Below are positions 28,632 to 41,106 of a stretch of 64,000 nt of DNA, one piece after another. The stretch is from a virus. Both the position numbers and the translations under genes were made by a program. Each line of letters starts with the position of its first letter. Positions within the stretch are counted from its first letter, which is position 1. Under the pieces are notes generated by a model. The model saw only the letters and a list, made by a program, of their open reading frames with translations, was not told where the DNA came from and ran no database searches. The stretch covers positions 64,001-128,000 of the IMG/VR virus record IMGVR_UViG_3300026097_000980. One strand, 5' to 3'.

Positions 28632-30623
28632 TCACTGTTCATATTGACTTCTCACCATTGATTTATGTTTTGCATCGCTGGCTCCATTAAAGAAGCGAGC
28701 CGCAGGATTGTCATAGTTCTTCTTGTCCGTGTATATATCCTTTGGCGGGTATAAATCGCCGTCTGCCATTTGCGGTTGTTGATATGCTCTAAAGTCGGGA
28801 TTATATCCTAACAGTGCTACCAGTGCTGATTCATCTGTGCTACCTGCCATTGCAGCCTGTGCCAGTCTATCTTCTTCTGCATTGGCTTGTGCGATACTGG
28901 TTTCATTGGCTTCTTCCATTGTATCTTCTTGTTCGTCCTTGATGTCTTGTAGTGTGCGTTCTGCAACGCCGTTCACAATGTCGCGTATCAGATTCAAATC
29001 CAAACTGGCCAGTTCAATGTCTGCCATGTCAGCACCTTGACTTAACTGCTCTGATGCGCTCAGTGCAGATTCGCCTGTGATGTCTTCAGTTTGCACTGAC
29101 CCGCCCTGTGCAAGATCCATGCTGTTGTCACTGCCCGCATTGCCTGCACTACTACCAGAGCCGTCCATACTGTTCATACTGCCCATGCCACTGCCTTGTG
29201 AACTGCTACTTCCAAAGCCTCCTCCACTGCTACTCATACTGGAGTTCATAGCACTAAGACTGCTTGTAAGGCTCTGTGTGCTACTCTCTGCGGCTGTGCT
29301 TTGTGCGGCACTGGCTACATCGTCAGCGGCACTGAGAGCGTTCAGTTCGTTTGCGTTTAAGGATCTTCCCGATCCTGATGAGGTTGTTTCCGTGCTCGGA
29401 GCAATATCCCCTGTTGACACTTCAATACCTCCAGCGACTGCTTGTGTTTCTTGCACAGGCGTTCCTGTTGCTGGGTCAGTTGTCTCCATTCCCACCATTC
29501 CTTGAGATTGTGTATCCATTGAAACATTTCCTGTTCCTCCTGTTATATCTGGAGTGCCTGTAAAATCTTGTGTGCCTGAATATAAATCTTGTTGCGGTGC
29601 TATTTGTGCCATCATAGCATCATTGTAGCCTGGACATTCTGGGGAGAATGTAGGATCTGCTGAACACTGTGCTGACAGCAATACCGTATCCTCTAGGCTT
29701 TCCTCTTCTAGGGGATTGCCTGCGTATCTGTAGTTCAGTTTGATTGAGGGATTCGCAAACTCTGGACCGTAGTATCCTGCCCAGTATCCCAAATCTTTAC
29801 CAGTCACATTCAGTTGAATAGATTCCAGTGTGTTCACATCAAACGGGTCTTTGAATGTTTCCTCACCTGAGATGTTTGTCCACTCACTGTAATATTGACT
29901 GTAGTCATAGGTCTTTGAAAACACAGCCGTGCCCTGTGTGTCACGAATAACTACCTCCACATAGAAAGTGTCTGGAGTGCTTCTTGCATTATTAGTATAG
30001 TTGGCATCCCAGTTCTTGACACTCCACGAATAGTTGTAGCCAGTGGCTTCTATTCCTGCTTGCTCTAGTGCAATGTTTATTGCGGCGAGGTTCGTGAGTG
30101 TGCGTTCTACATATCCAAAGTTAATCTGTCCATCCGCCGCACCAACGTATTGATCATTAATAGTAGGACATGATCCGCCTGAAGTTCCACCCCATCCTCT
30201 GTTAAGTTCGTAGCATCCATTCCAATATTGGCTAGTGTCACCTATCAAGTCGCCGGTTTGCCCCACAATGTATTCCTGTGTTGCCCAGTCTATCTCGTCA
30301 ATCTGTATATATGAGTAGGTAGAATCCATTGACCTATTGACGCAGACATCTGAACGACCCACATACACTTTGTTTACATCGTCTCTCAAACAAAGATATT
30401 CGTTGCCTAACACGCCGTCCGATCCTGTGGTTGAGTTTTCTGAATAGAAATATTCGTCAACACTGCCGCCTTGATCTATCCACCAATCTTTTATTTCATT
30501 GTGGTCGGGTGCTTGGAATGTGTGGGTGTCGTGAGGACCCGCTTTAGAAAGCGGCGCCACCAGTAGCATACATAAGCAGAGCACTGCCCAATATGCCCCA
30601 GCCAATGCCTTTGAGTGTGTCAT
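28632..30623 (-). CDS. large secreted/surface protein with Ser-rich linker
   Basis: Signal-like N-terminus, YGP and C..DP..SP.CPGY motifs, Ser/Gly-rich region. Confidence 0.6.
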   Translation of the reverse strand: MTHSKALAGAYWAVLCLCMLLVAPLSKAGPHDTHTFQAPDHNEIKDWWIDQGGSVDEYFYSENSTTGSDGVLGNEYLCLRDDVNKVYVGRSDVCVNRSMDSTYSYIQIDEIDWATQEYIVGQTGDLIGDTSQYWNGCYELNRGWGGTSGGSCPTINDQYVGAADGQINFGYVERTLTNLAAINIALEQAGIEATGYNYSWSVKNWDANYTNNARSTPDTFYVEVVIRDTQGTAVFSKTYDYSQYYSEWTNISGEETFKDPFDVNTLESIQLNVTGKDLGYWAGYYGPEFANPSIKLNYRYAGNPLEEESLEDTVLLSAQCSADPTFSPECPGYNDAMMAQIAPQQDLYSGTQDFTGTPDITGGTGNVSMDTQSQGMVGMETTDPATGTPVQETQAVAGGIEVSTGDIAPSTETTSSGSGRSLNANELNALSAADDVASAAQSTAAESSTQSLTSSLSAMNSSMSSSGGGFGSSSSQGSGMGSMNSMDGSGSSAGNAGSDNSMDLAQGGSVQTEDITGESALSASEQLSQGADMADIELASLDLNLIRDIVNGVAERTLQDIKDEQEDTMEEANETSIAQANAEEDRLAQAAMAGSTDESALVALLGYNPDFRAYQQPQMADGDLYPPKDIYTDKKNYDNPAARFFNGASDAKHKSMVRSQYEQ

Positions 30624-31509
30624 TGCGTCTGGTTTCCTCTTCCTGTTCAGTAGGCTTTAGTTCTGGATACTTTGCCCACATTTCTTTGGCTTCATCGCCT
30701 ATCTTGCCATTGAACGGACAAGGTGTTCCAGCCATTTCCATTGCTGTAAATACCTTTGGATCCTGGCACATTAGACTCACAGCCGCAACCTTCATGCCCA
30801 TGTTGTACAGGGTCTTTGAATTCTTTAGTCGCTCACAGTTTAGATCACGAACATGTCCACCGCCCGCAATACCCAGTATTTGACTTTGCACTGCCGCTGA
30901 ATATGAAACTGTGCAGGTGTCATTGCCTCCTGCGTTCACCGTGGGGGCAATAGCACTGGGTGGTGGTGACTTGATGGTCTGTGTAATATCACTCTTGTTG
31001 TTGTTATTGTTTGTGTTGTTATTGTTGTTGGTGTTATTACTGGTTGACGTATTTGTGTTCGTGTTGTTGTTAGTGTTTGTGTTCGTGCTGGTGCTGTTCA
31101 CAGTTTGGTCAACAGTTTGATCAATGGTGCTGTCCGTGGTCTGATTGATAGTGCTGTCTGTGGTCTGATTGATTGTGCTGTTAGTAGTGTTATTAATCGT
31201 GCTGTTGTTGGTGTTGTTGGTAGTCTGATCAATAGTGCTGTTATTAGTGTTTGTGTTAGTGTTGGTGTTGTTAGTGCCGCCACTCAGAATATTGTTGTTG
31301 GTGTTTGTGTTTGTGTTGGTGGTTCCGCCACTCAGCACATTATTGTTGGTATTTGTACTGTTCACCGTTGAGTTGGTATTTGTGGTGCTTTCCGTCACCA
31401 CAAGGCTTGAACTGTCTGCTTCGCCATCTGCATCTTCAAGTGCATGTGCTTGTGGCACCGCACTGATAGACAAGGCTATAACTGCTACGAATAGCACTCT
31501 TTTAATCAT
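30544..31509 (-). CDS. secreted Asn/Thr-rich repeat protein with Cys-rich C-terminal domain and TM anchor
   Basis: Signal peptide; NT and STINQTTD repeats; PPPSAIAP...DLNCERLK...AGTPCP. Confidence 0.7.
   Translation of the reverse strand: MIKRVLFVAVIALSISAVPQAHALEDADGEADSSSLVVTESTTNTNSTVNSTNTNNNVLSGGTTNTNTNTNNNILSGGTNNTNTNTNTNNSTIDQTTNNTNNSTINNTTNSTINQTTDSTINQTTDSTIDQTVDQTVNSTSTNTNTNNNTNTNTSTSNNTNNNNNTNNNNNKSDITQTIKSPPPSAIAPTVNAGGNDTCTVSYSAAVQSQILGIAGGGHVRDLNCERLKNSKTLYNMGMKVAAVSLMCQDPKVFTAMEMAGTPCPFNGKIGDEAKEMWAKYPELKPTEQEEETRRNDTLKGIGWGILGSALLMYATGGAAF
30990..31385. repeat. coding low-complexity/tandem repeats (Asn/Thr; about 24-nt STINQTTD units)
   Basis: gtggtctgattgatagtgctg-type units and (gtt/gtgtt)n. 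Confidence 0.8.
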
Positions 31510-31605
31510 TTTTCGCTCCCGGGATAAATCGTATTCCCTCAACAGTATTTAATCACAGGTTATTGTGAATTTTAGTACTACTTTAGTACAAGTATTTATC
31601 ATAAA

Positions 31606-31625
31606 GGTGTAAAAATATTTACACC
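31606..31625. promoter_or_regulatory. 8-bp inverted repeat, candidate operator
   Basis: GGTGTAAA-AATA-TTTACACC between divergent TAAATA motifs. Confidence 0.55.
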
Positions 31626-31641
31626 AGACTATAAATACATC

Positions 31642-31863
31642 ATGTCCAGAGAAGAAGATGACGAACTGAGAAGAATCGTTGAGGAACTAGAAAGTTTAAG
31701 AAAACAAGTAGGGCTTCCAGACCGTGTTGAAAAAGTAGAAAAGGATGCTATTCAGAATGCTCTTTATGAGACCGATGGCAATCAAACACTTGCGGCAAAA
31801 AAACTTGGATTAGGTAGAACCTGTTTGATTGCCAAAATGAAGAAGTATGGGATTATAAAGTAG
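31642..31863 (+). CDS. Fis-type helix-turn-helix protein
   Basis: EKDAIQNALYETDGNQTLAAKKLGLGRTCLIAKMKKYG. Confidence 0.85.
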   Translation: MSREEDDELRRIVEELESLRKQVGLPDRVEKVEKDAIQNALYETDGNQTLAAKKLGLGRTCLIAKMKKYGIIK

Positions 31864-33553
31864 CGTTAGGCTCGTTAGGTTTCTTATCTAGAGAATCTGG
31901 CATTCCATCATTGTCAGCGTCATTATATGTATTAGGAGTGTCAGTGTCTTTCTTCTTATAGATTGTCAGCATTTCATTGTTAAGATCTGCTAACACCTTA
32001 CCGGCGGCATCTACTTCAACAATATTTCTAATAGTTTTTCCTTGTTGAATGTATGAACGATACTGTACTAGAATATTGTTCTTACCTAACTTCTGTGCAA
32101 TATTTTTTATTTCATCAGGTGCATCTTTTAGTTTTTCGCTAGGCTTAACTTTAACTTGTAACGCAACGCCATTTCCGCCTTTGGCAGTTAAAACATTACT
32201 GCACTCTAAGTCAAAATATTCGCAGACTTGATAAAATGTTTTTCCAAACCTTAGTTCTACAAAATCTTTACCTGCTCCTGGATCCATGATAGTCACAACT
32301 ACTAGCTCGTCGCCGCGAGTCTTAGAAGAGGCATCTTGCTGATCAACATTCTTCCCTGAATGATATAGTAGTCCTTGCTGTAAATGTGATAGAAAGTCTA
32401 TTTCACCTTCTGTTGTATCACCTGCAAGATGTTTGTTAATTTTTTGTTGGGCCCATTGATAAGTTTCTTTAATAGGCCCATTCATTACTGCTTGAAGAGT
32501 CTTAGGATTTACTATGAACTCACCATCTTTGGTATAGTTGTCTATTACTTTTGCAAATGATGATTTGAAGTTTTCAGGTAACTCATAGTTAAAACTCTGT
32601 CTCCAGAACAATCCAAGTTTCTCAAAAGTTCTACCACTTGCCTGTCCAATCTGTGAACGGCCACTGCCTGCTTTTAAACTTAAAAGACTTAGTGTTTCTG
32701 GATCTCCTTCGCTACCAGCAACGATAAGTTTTAAATCAACCTTTGTCATATTTTGGTTTTCTGCTTCTGCACCGTCACTTACTACGCTGATCTCTTGTTT
32801 GACATCATCAGTGTAATATTCTTGGATTTTAGATACAGCATTACTTGGTTCAAGGCCTGTGTTTGCATAGTTTGCCGCCTTGCTTATCATTTCATTTAGT
32901 TTCTTTCCAGCATCATCACTTAATTCTAGTTTTCTCTGCACTGCTAATCCGTCGCCTTTTGCTTCTATAAGCATTCTTAAGGCTTTGATGTCTCCTCTAG
33001 GGAGTGTCACTTTAATACTTAGACTATCATCGGTTCTGTCTTGCACCGGCAAACTTATTTCATTTTTTCCGCTTGCAAAGAAATTTTCTCCAATGCGTAG
33101 AACATCGTCTGCCGAAATTTCTGTAGATGTATTAGTAAATCTTGCAGCCATTGCAAATCCTAATACACCTTCAGTAACATTTCCTGCATTTACAGTAGTT
33201 TTAACAGCTGACTTATCTATGTTTGTAGGAATAAATTTATGAGTTTTGCCGTCTTCGTCTACGCCGGTTATTTTTTCTTTTACATTTGTTTTTTCACCCG
33301 ACGATCTTAGTTCTACTTGCTTGTTTATTATTGCAAGAGCATTTTCTATCTCTTCTTCAGGAATAGTAACAGGAATTAACCCACTCCCTGCCTTAACTAT
33401 GATTGTCTCTCCTGCTTTTATCTTTGCGATAAGAGGAGGTATGTATGCATTATGGCTTTTATTTTCCGGAGTCCAATATTCTCCCGAAATTAGAGCTTCG
33501 TGTAGTTTCATTGTAGACTTGACTGTTTCTGATAAAAATTCAAATGCTCTCAT
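31853..33553 (-). CDS. hypothetical protein, possible internal head protein
   Basis: MRAFEFLSE N-terminus; TAAATA upstream. Confidence 0.5.
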   Translation of the reverse strand: MRAFEFLSETVKSTMKLHEALISGEYWTPENKSHNAYIPPLIAKIKAGETIIVKAGSGLIPVTIPEEEIENALAIINKQVELRSSGEKTNVKEKITGVDEDGKTHKFIPTNIDKSAVKTTVNAGNVTEGVLGFAMAARFTNTSTEISADDVLRIGENFFASGKNEISLPVQDRTDDSLSIKVTLPRGDIKALRMLIEAKGDGLAVQRKLELSDDAGKKLNEMISKAANYANTGLEPSNAVSKIQEYYTDDVKQEISVVSDGAEAENQNMTKVDLKLIVAGSEGDPETLSLLSLKAGSGRSQIGQASGRTFEKLGLFWRQSFNYELPENFKSSFAKVIDNYTKDGEFIVNPKTLQAVMNGPIKETYQWAQQKINKHLAGDTTEGEIDFLSHLQQGLLYHSGKNVDQQDASSKTRGDELVVVTIMDPGAGKDFVELRFGKTFYQVCEYFDLECSNVLTAKGGNGVALQVKVKPSEKLKDAPDEIKNIAQKLGKNNILVQYRSYIQQGKTIRNIVEVDAAGKVLADLNNEMLTIYKKKDTDTPNTYNDADNDGMPDSLDKKPNEPNATL

Positions 33554-33561
33554 AAGTGTAT

Positions 33562-34248
33562 TTATTCAATATCGGGGAATAGGCAATCTTGTATGAATGC
33601 TCGGACATCCTCTTCGTCCAGGCCTAATGCGGCCATTGTGCGAGGAGTATGTGGATTTTGTTTTTGGTAATACGCATAACGATTTTGTGCGGTGATGCCT
33701 TGTTCGCGATCGCCTTGATCATTAAAGAACGCAATCTCATCTAGGTAAGCATACACATTATGTTCAGCCATTGCGTAAATCTGTTCTAGTTCATCTTCCT
33801 TGTTAACATTACCGGCAGCGACCATATGCTCAGAAAATATAGCTTGCGCCCAGTCTGGTAACTCTCTCTTTTTACGCCAGTCTAGTTTGGCAACTTCTTG
33901 AGCAAATCCTTCAATCATAACATGATGTGGATTTTGTGTTGCTGAGTAATCGTGAAAGCATCCTGTAATTTTATTTTTGCCTGCAATAACATCGAATCCA
34001 AATATAGGACCGTCATTTTCTAGGTGTGGGAAGATGCAACAATGCATCATCCACAGTCCTTTGGTATCGCGAGCATCAACTACATCCACATGAGCCCTGC
34101 GATACTGATCACTATTCCAAACACGATTAACCCACCCAGGCTGATTGAAGCGATCCATACCAGGCTCCGATACCTCAGTTCCTGTTTTGTCAAACGCCGC
34201 TTCAAAAGTCTGCTGTACTCCTATCAATGTATCCCAAACTTGACTCAT
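33562..34248 (-). CDS. pcyX: ferredoxin-dependent bilin reductase (PcyX/PcyA family)
   Basis: RRAHVDVVD, MMHCCIFP, PIFGFDVIAG, RELPDWA.AIFS, QKQNPHT. Confidence 0.8.
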   Translation of the reverse strand: MSQVWDTLIGVQQTFEAAFDKTGTEVSEPGMDRFNQPGWVNRVWNSDQYRRAHVDVVDARDTKGLWMMHCCIFPHLENDGPIFGFDVIAGKNKITGCFHDYSATQNPHHVMIEGFAQEVAKLDWRKKRELPDWAQAIFSEHMVAAGNVNKEDELEQIYAMAEHNVYAYLDEIAFFNDQGDREQGITAQNRYAYYQKQNPHTPRTMAALGLDEEDVRAFIQDCLFPDIE

Positions 34249-35534
34249 TAGTATCTATAAGTCTCTAGTTTGTAAGGTCCTTGTACAGGTACACTAATAT
34301 ACTTTGCCTGTTCTTTTGTGAGCACAGTTAGGTCAGCACCTAGTTGTTCTAGATGTAGTCTAGCTACCTTCTCGTCTAGATGTTTTGGTAGAAGATATAA
34401 CTTGCCTTTTTCGTAGTTTTCTGCATTATTCCACATTTCAATTTGTGCAAGAACCTGGTTAGTAAAACTATTGCTCATTACATAACTAGGATGGCCAGTA
34501 GCACAACCTAGATTTACTAATCTTCCTTTTGCTAGAACGATAATCTTTTTACCATCAGGAAATTTTACATGATCAACCTGTGGTTTAATTTCATCCCACT
34601 CATATTTTTCTATGCCTTTAATATCAATTTCACTGTCAAAATGGCCAATATTACACACAATAGCATTGTTTTTCATTTTAATCATATGGTCGTGTGTGAT
34701 AACATCGATGTTGCCTGTGGCTGTAACAAAGATATCTGCTTTGTCTGCGGCATACTCCATTGTGGTAACTTTGTACCCTTCCATAGCCGCTTGGAGTGCA
34801 AGAATAGGATCAATTTCAGTAATCCATACTTGAGCACTTAATGCTCTTAATGCCTGAGCAGATCCTTTGCCAACATCTCCATATCCACAAACGACAGCAA
34901 TTTTGCCAGCAATCATAACATCTGTTGCTCTTTTAATTGCATCTACACAGCTTTCACGGCAACCATATAGATTATCAAATTTAGATTTAGTAACACTGTC
35001 ATTTACATTGATTGCAGGAATTTTAAGTGTGTTATTTTCAATTCTTTCCAACAGTTTGTGAATACCTGTAGTAGTTTCTTCTGTAACTCCTACAATGTCT
35101 TCCAACAGTTCAGGATACTTGTCGTGAATATAACCTGTAAGATCGTGGCCATCATCCAGTAGAATGTTAGGTGTCCAGCCATTAGAACCTCTCAGTGTTT
35201 GTTCGATACACCACCAATACTCATCTTCAGTCTCACCTTTCCATGCAAATACTGGAATACCTTGATCAGCCAAAGCGGCTGCCGCATGATCTTGAGTAGA
35301 AAAAATATTACAACTACTCCAGCGAACATCAGCACCTAGCTCTACTAGTGTTTCAACTAACACTGCTGTTTGAATAGTCATGTGCAAACTACCTGTAATT
35401 CTAGCACCAGCTAGAGGTTTTTTACCTGCATACTCTTTCCTAATTGCCATCAATCCTGGCATTTCGCCTTCGGCAATCTCTATTTCTTTTCTGCCGTAAT
35501 CTGCAAGGTTAATATCTTTAATTTTGTAATCCAC
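34248..35534 (-). CDS. ahcY: S-adenosylhomocysteine hydrolase
   Basis: [33 protein letters not shown]. Confidence 0.97.
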   Translation of the reverse strand: MDYKIKDINLADYGRKEIEIAEGEMPGLMAIRKEYAGKKPLAGARITGSLHMTIQTAVLVETLVELGADVRWSSCNIFSTQDHAAAALADQGIPVFAWKGETEDEYWWCIEQTLRGSNGWTPNILLDDGHDLTGYIHDKYPELLEDIVGVTEETTTGIHKLLERIENNTLKIPAINVNDSVTKSKFDNLYGCRESCVDAIKRATDVMIAGKIAVVCGYGDVGKGSAQALRALSAQVWITEIDPILALQAAMEGYKVTTMEYAADKADIFVTATGNIDVITHDHMIKMKNNAIVCNIGHFDSEIDIKGIEKYEWDEIKPQVDHVKFPDGKKIIVLAKGRLVNLGCATGHPSYVMSNSFTNQVLAQIEMWNNAENYEKGKLYLLPKHLDEKVARLHLEQLGADLTVLTKEQAKYISVPVQGPYKLETYRY

Positions 35535-35556
35535 TAATGTTTTCCTTATGTTAATA

Positions 35557-35952
35557 TTATAAACTGTTTACTAAATTCATTGCTACACTGGTTCCCGTTA
35601 TCGCACTGCCTATCATAATAGCGCGATCGTTCCATACGCCGCCTACGTATATCCACAAGACAGATGCGATTAGATAGGACAGTTTTCCATAAACGTCCAT
35701 ATCAGCCGAAAACAAAAATACACCAATAATAGCCAATACAGTTGCACCCCACTTGGCATAATAATCAACGGTGCCAGTAGGTGTTGTCGGACGTAGATCA
35801 TCCGCCTCTGCTTGAAGCTCTTCTAGCTCCTGCTTCAGTCTTCTTTTTTCTGTGGCAAGTTCCATTGCAAGCTTCCCTGCTTTAGACATGGTGCTGCCTT
35901 CGAATCTTTCGTGTGTTTCTTCACTCACTATCGGGTCATCTCTATCTGTCAT
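35557..35952 (-). CDS. membrane protein with N-terminal coiled coil
   Basis: KWGAT...WNDRAIM TM segments. Confidence 0.5.
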   Translation of the reverse strand: MTDRDDPIVSEETHERFEGSTMSKAGKLAMELATEKRRLKQELEELQAEADDLRPTTPTGTVDYYAKWGATVLAIIGVFLFSADMDVYGKLSYLIASVLWIYVGGVWNDRAIMIGSAITGTSVAMNLVNSL

Positions 35953-35958
35953 AAAGGA

Positions 35959-36501
35959 TTATTTATCTACAAATTCCATCATTTCTTGAAATAATCTAGT
36001 TGCAAACTCAAAACATAGTTTAGCTTCATCGGCCATACTGTCGTCAACCTTTTTTCTAATTTTTTCTTTTAATTCTTCTCGATCACCATCGAATTGATAA
36101 AAACGTCCTTCTCCAGGAACTTTTTTAGCAATTATTTGTCCGCCACTTAGATCGCCCATGTGCCTTACATAGATATGAGCCATAAGTTTATGTGGGTCAT
36201 TGCTGATGCTCATGATATGATCAAGATATTCTTTTACAACCGCACACTGAGGTGGCTGTTGATCCTTGTGCGGCCACAATTCCATAAAGTCCGCATAGAT
36301 TTCCTTAGATCGTTCAACAATTCGCATATCGTTTAATAATCCGTGACGTGCGGCCATAACTTCTAACAGTTCATACATTGGAAACTGATTCCATAGGTAG
36401 GTTGCATATAATTCTGCATCGATATCTTTAAACAATACTTTTACAAATTCTTGCCTTTCGGCGTTTGTGTGTTGTTCTTTGGTAAGTTCTTTTAGACTCA
36501 T
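35959..36501 (-). CDS. hemO: heme oxygenase
   Basis: LKELTKEQHTNAE, AHIYVRHMGDLSGGQII. Confidence 0.9.
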   Translation of the reverse strand: MSLKELTKEQHTNAERQEFVKVLFKDIDAELYATYLWNQFPMYELLEVMAARHGLLNDMRIVERSKEIYADFMELWPHKDQQPPQCAVVKEYLDHIMSISNDPHKLMAHIYVRHMGDLSGGQIIAKKVPGEGRFYQFDGDREELKEKIRKKVDDSMADEAKLCFEFATRLFQEMMEFVDK

Positions 36502-36800
36502 TGTTCTTCTTCTACCACAATCTTTAACGGATACCCGTTGCTTCTCGCAATCGCTGTTGCTTCTAGACCTTTTTGTTCTGCAATTTCATATAGATATGCA
36601 CCGGCTATGCCACTTCCTGTATTATGCACTTCCATTGTGATTTGTTCAGCAGTCATCCTATCATGTCTAAATATTCCCATTAAGATTTCTATCACCAGTT
36701 CCATAGGTGTTACGTCGTCGTTCAACAATAACACTTTCCATAATTTTGGAGGTGACAGGTCCGTTTTGGTTTTTATTTTAAGATCATTTTCTGTTGTCAT
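36498..36800 (-). CDS. clpS: Clp protease adaptor ClpS
   Basis: KVLLLNDDVTPMELV...VHNTG.GIAG...YPL. Confidence 0.92.
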   Translation of the reverse strand: MTTENDLKIKTKTDLSPPKLWKVLLLNDDVTPMELVIEILMGIFRHDRMTAEQITMEVHNTGSGIAGAYLYEIAEQKGLEATAIARSNGYPLKIVVEEEQ

Positions 36801-36846
36801 GTTATCCTCTGATATAAGTGGGGGAGTTGCCTCCCCCTAGACTGTG

Positions 36847-37311
36847 TTACTTGCTATCTACTGTGAGAGATTCTTTTGAAGCAGGAGCCTCAATTGCAAT
36901 CTTCTTAGGTTGTAGCTCTTCTGGAACTTCACGCTTGAGGTATACATTCAGCATACCGTTGTCTAGCGAAGCTCGTTCTACTTCTACGTGATCAGCAAGT
37001 GTAAACGATCTGCTGAAGTTACGTCCTGCGATGCCTTTGTGTAGATAGTTTACTTCATCATCACCTTTTGGAGATATACCTTCTACAGTAAGGATATTTT
37101 TGTCCTTGGTAATATCCAAGTTATCCATATCGAACCCAGCAACGGCCAAAGTAATTACATACTCGTCGTCGTTAATCTGTGCAATGTTATATGGAGGATA
37201 TCCTTGCGGAGCACTGTTTGCGAATTGACGATCTAGTTCGTCGAACAGTCTATCAAATCCCACAGTTGCTCTGTGTAATGAAGGTAGGTCTAGAGTTGTT
37301 AGTCTTGTCAT
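36847..37311 (-). CDS. ibpA: small heat-shock protein (IbpA/Hsp20)
   Basis: GFDRLF, YPPYNI, LAVAGF, YLHKGIA.R.F. Confidence 0.92.
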   Translation of the reverse strand: MTRLTTLDLPSLHRATVGFDRLFDELDRQFANSAPQGYPPYNIAQINDDEYVITLAVAGFDMDNLDITKDKNILTVEGISPKGDDEVNYLHKGIAGRNFSRSFTLADHVEVERASLDNGMLNVYLKREVPEELQPKKIAIEAPASKESLTVDSK

Positions 37312-37366
37312 TTTGTTTCTCCTTTTAAATAAGCAAGATTTTTACGTAGGACCCATTATGGCGTCC
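37312..37366 (-). promoter_or_regulatory. ROSE-like RNA thermometer
   Basis: UCUUGCUU pairs with the SD-containing AAGGAGA with a bulged G; upstream hairpin GGACGCCAUAAUGGGUCC. Confidence 0.6.
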
Positions 37367-37377
37367 AAGTTTATTTA

Positions 37378-38490
37378 TCACACGAATACACCGTTGTACT
37401 GTTGTGTGACTCTGACAAATGTAGTACATTTACTTAGGTGCTTGAGCTTTGCGGCTCCGGCATAGGTACAGGTACTACGCAAACCGCCCAGGATGTCCTG
37501 AACGACGTCTTCTACTGCTCCGCGATATGGCACAAGAACTTCTCTGCCTTCCGCGGAACGGTATTCTCGTAATCCACCAAAGTGTTTTTCATTTGCGGCC
37601 TTTGAGCTCATTCCGTAGAATTGTACAAACTGTTTTACTTCCACAATTGGTTTTCCATCTTGTAGGGTATACTCTTTCTGGTACCAACGGTTTACAACGT
37701 CTCCGCCGCCTTCATCACAGCCCGCAAGCATACCACCAAGCATTACAAAGTCAGCACCTGCGGCAAACGCCTTAGCCACATCGCCAGGACAAGTGCAACC
37801 GCCATCAGCAATAATGTGGCCGCCCAAACCGTGGGCTGCATCGGCACACTCAATGACAGCTGATAACTGAGGATAACCAACCCCAGTTTGAATCCGTGTA
37901 GTACATACACTACCAGGGCCAATGCCCACTTTAACAATATCTGCACCTGCAAGAATAAGTTCCTCAGTCATCTCACCTGTTACTACATTACCCGCAATGA
38001 TGACAATATGCGGATAAGTCTTGCGCATCTCTGACACAAAGTCACGGAAGCGATTTGAATATCCGTTGGCTACGTCGATGCAAACGTATTTTAGATTACC
38101 GTCTGCACGACTGTATACATCTGCAAACTTGTTCCAATCACTGCCGTTGATGCCTATGCTCATAGCAACTTTATTAGTTCGTAGATATTCGTCTGTGTCG
38201 TAAAAGTCCACAAGCTCGTCCGCAGTGTAAGTCTTAACTAGACAGGTAAACATACCTAGACGTGCAAGTTCGTCTGCCATCTCAAATGTACCAACACCGT
38301 CCATATTGGCAGCCATAACAGGAATGCCTCGCCAGTGTTCATCTTCGATATTGTCAGGAAACTCTGGCGTCCAATTGCGCCAAGTGTATCCTCTATGAAG
38401 CTGTACTTCTTTGCGACTGCCTAGTGTGCTACGCTTGGGGCGAATAAGAACGTCTTTATAATCTAGTCTAAGTTCTGATTCAATTCTCAT
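37378..38490 (-). CDS. guaC: GMP reductase
   Basis: [34 protein letters not shown]; start set at MRIESE. Confidence 0.95.
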   Translation of the reverse strand: MRIESELRLDYKDVLIRPKRSTLGSRKEVQLHRGYTWRNWTPEFPDNIEDEHWRGIPVMAANMDGVGTFEMADELARLGMFTCLVKTYTADELVDFYDTDEYLRTNKVAMSIGINGSDWNKFADVYSRADGNLKYVCIDVANGYSNRFRDFVSEMRKTYPHIVIIAGNVVTGEMTEELILAGADIVKVGIGPGSVCTTRIQTGVGYPQLSAVIECADAAHGLGGHIIADGGCTCPGDVAKAFAAGADFVMLGGMLAGCDEGGGDVVNRWYQKEYTLQDGKPIVEVKQFVQFYGMSSKAANEKHFGGLREYRSAEGREVLVPYRGAVEDVVQDILGGLRSTCTYAGAAKLKHLSKCTTFVRVTQQYNGVFV

Positions 38491-39050
38491 CTGCTTTCTC
38501 CAATAGGATCTAGTCCTTTGTTTCGCAATCCTTTTAGCACATTCTGTACACCGACTGCTTGATTCCAAGCATCTTCTAGTGCGTGATGTTTTAGCACAGG
38601 CGGACGATTGGGATCAATACCTAAGTCATACAATGTACGAGTGTCACGGGCTTGCCAAAACTGCCAAGGACATGATTTTTGTAATTTGCTAAAAATATGT
38701 TCTAGAATTACCAAGTCAAATCCTGCTCCGTGACTCCACACTCGTTTAGCACCCCAACAAAATTTATACAATTGATCCATAGCATCCTTAATATCGACTC
38801 TGCCTTCAGGATTAAATGCTTCTTCTTGTGCTTCGGCACTTTGCTTTGCCCACCACTCAATGGTAGCATCGCTTGTGGTAAGACCTAGTGCGTCGCAACT
38901 GTCGATGTCCACACGGACATAAAACTTTTCACAGTCAGGTGATTCGACATCGTCACCATAAGGATCAAACTTCACAGCACCAATACTCAAAACTGTAGCC
39001 GTAGGCAATACGTCCAAAGTTTCTAAATCTATCATTACATCACTTAGCAT
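38487..39050 (-). CDS. 3'-5' exo(ribo)nuclease, DEDD family
   Basis: [27 protein letters not shown]. Confidence 0.85.
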   Translation of the reverse strand: MLSDVMIDLETLDVLPTATVLSIGAVKFDPYGDDVESPDCEKFYVRVDIDSCDALGLTTSDATIEWWAKQSAEAQEEAFNPEGRVDIKDAMDQLYKFCWGAKRVWSHGAGFDLVILEHIFSKLQKSCPWQFWQARDTRTLYDLGIDPNRPPVLKHHALEDAWNQAVGVQNVLKGLRNKGLDPIGESR

Positions 39051-39111
39051 TATTTTCTCTCAAGTTTTTGATCTATGTTACTATAGTAACATCTAAGAAA
39101 ATTTTGTCAAT

Positions 39112-39145
39112 AAAAAAGGACTCCGAAGAGTCCTTTTTGTTTTTT
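39112..39145. terminator. bidirectional intrinsic terminator after groEL
   Basis: AAAAAAGGACTC-CGAA-GAGTCCTTTTT. Confidence 0.85.
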
Positions 39146-39146
39146 A

Positions 39147-40748
<1,602 letters not shown>

Positions 40749-41045
40749 TTACTCTCCCTCTCTTACAATTGCATACACTTCTTCTTCTTTTAGAATGTGG
40801 TAGTCCTGTCCGTCAACTTTAATCGTTTGTCCTTGGAAAGTACCAAACACTACAGTATCATCTACTTTAATTTGCATTTCTACATGTTCACCGTTGTCTA
40901 GTACTCTACCAGGTCCAACTGCAAGAACTTTTCCTTTGGTGGGTTGCGCATTCACCGCATCTGGAATAACCAGCGATGAAGCATTTAATGTATCGTCATC
41001 TAGTAATTGGACAACGAGTCTGTCTCTGATAGGTTCAAATTTCAT
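40749..41045 (-). CDS. groES: co-chaperonin GroES
   Basis: PIRDRLVV, GKVLAVGPG; adjacent to groEL. Confidence 0.92.
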   Translation of the reverse strand: MKFEPIRDRLVVQLLDDDTLNASSLVIPDAVNAQPTKGKVLAVGPGRVLDNGEHVEMQIKVDDTVVFGTFQGQTIKVDGQDYHILKEEEVYAIVREGE

Positions 41046-41106
41046 TATATTCTCCTTTTAAAGTAAGATTGTTTTCGGCCCTATTTAGGTTCCATGACTA
41101 TTTATT

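Noticed and set aside
30990-31385. CRISPR array
   Set aside because: The repeats are in-frame, degenerate coding repeats without unique spacers.
35535-35556. SAH/SAM/glycine riboswitches before ahcY, metK or glyA
   Set aside because: Intergenic gaps are about 25 nt or less, or the genes overlap, leaving no room for an aptamer.
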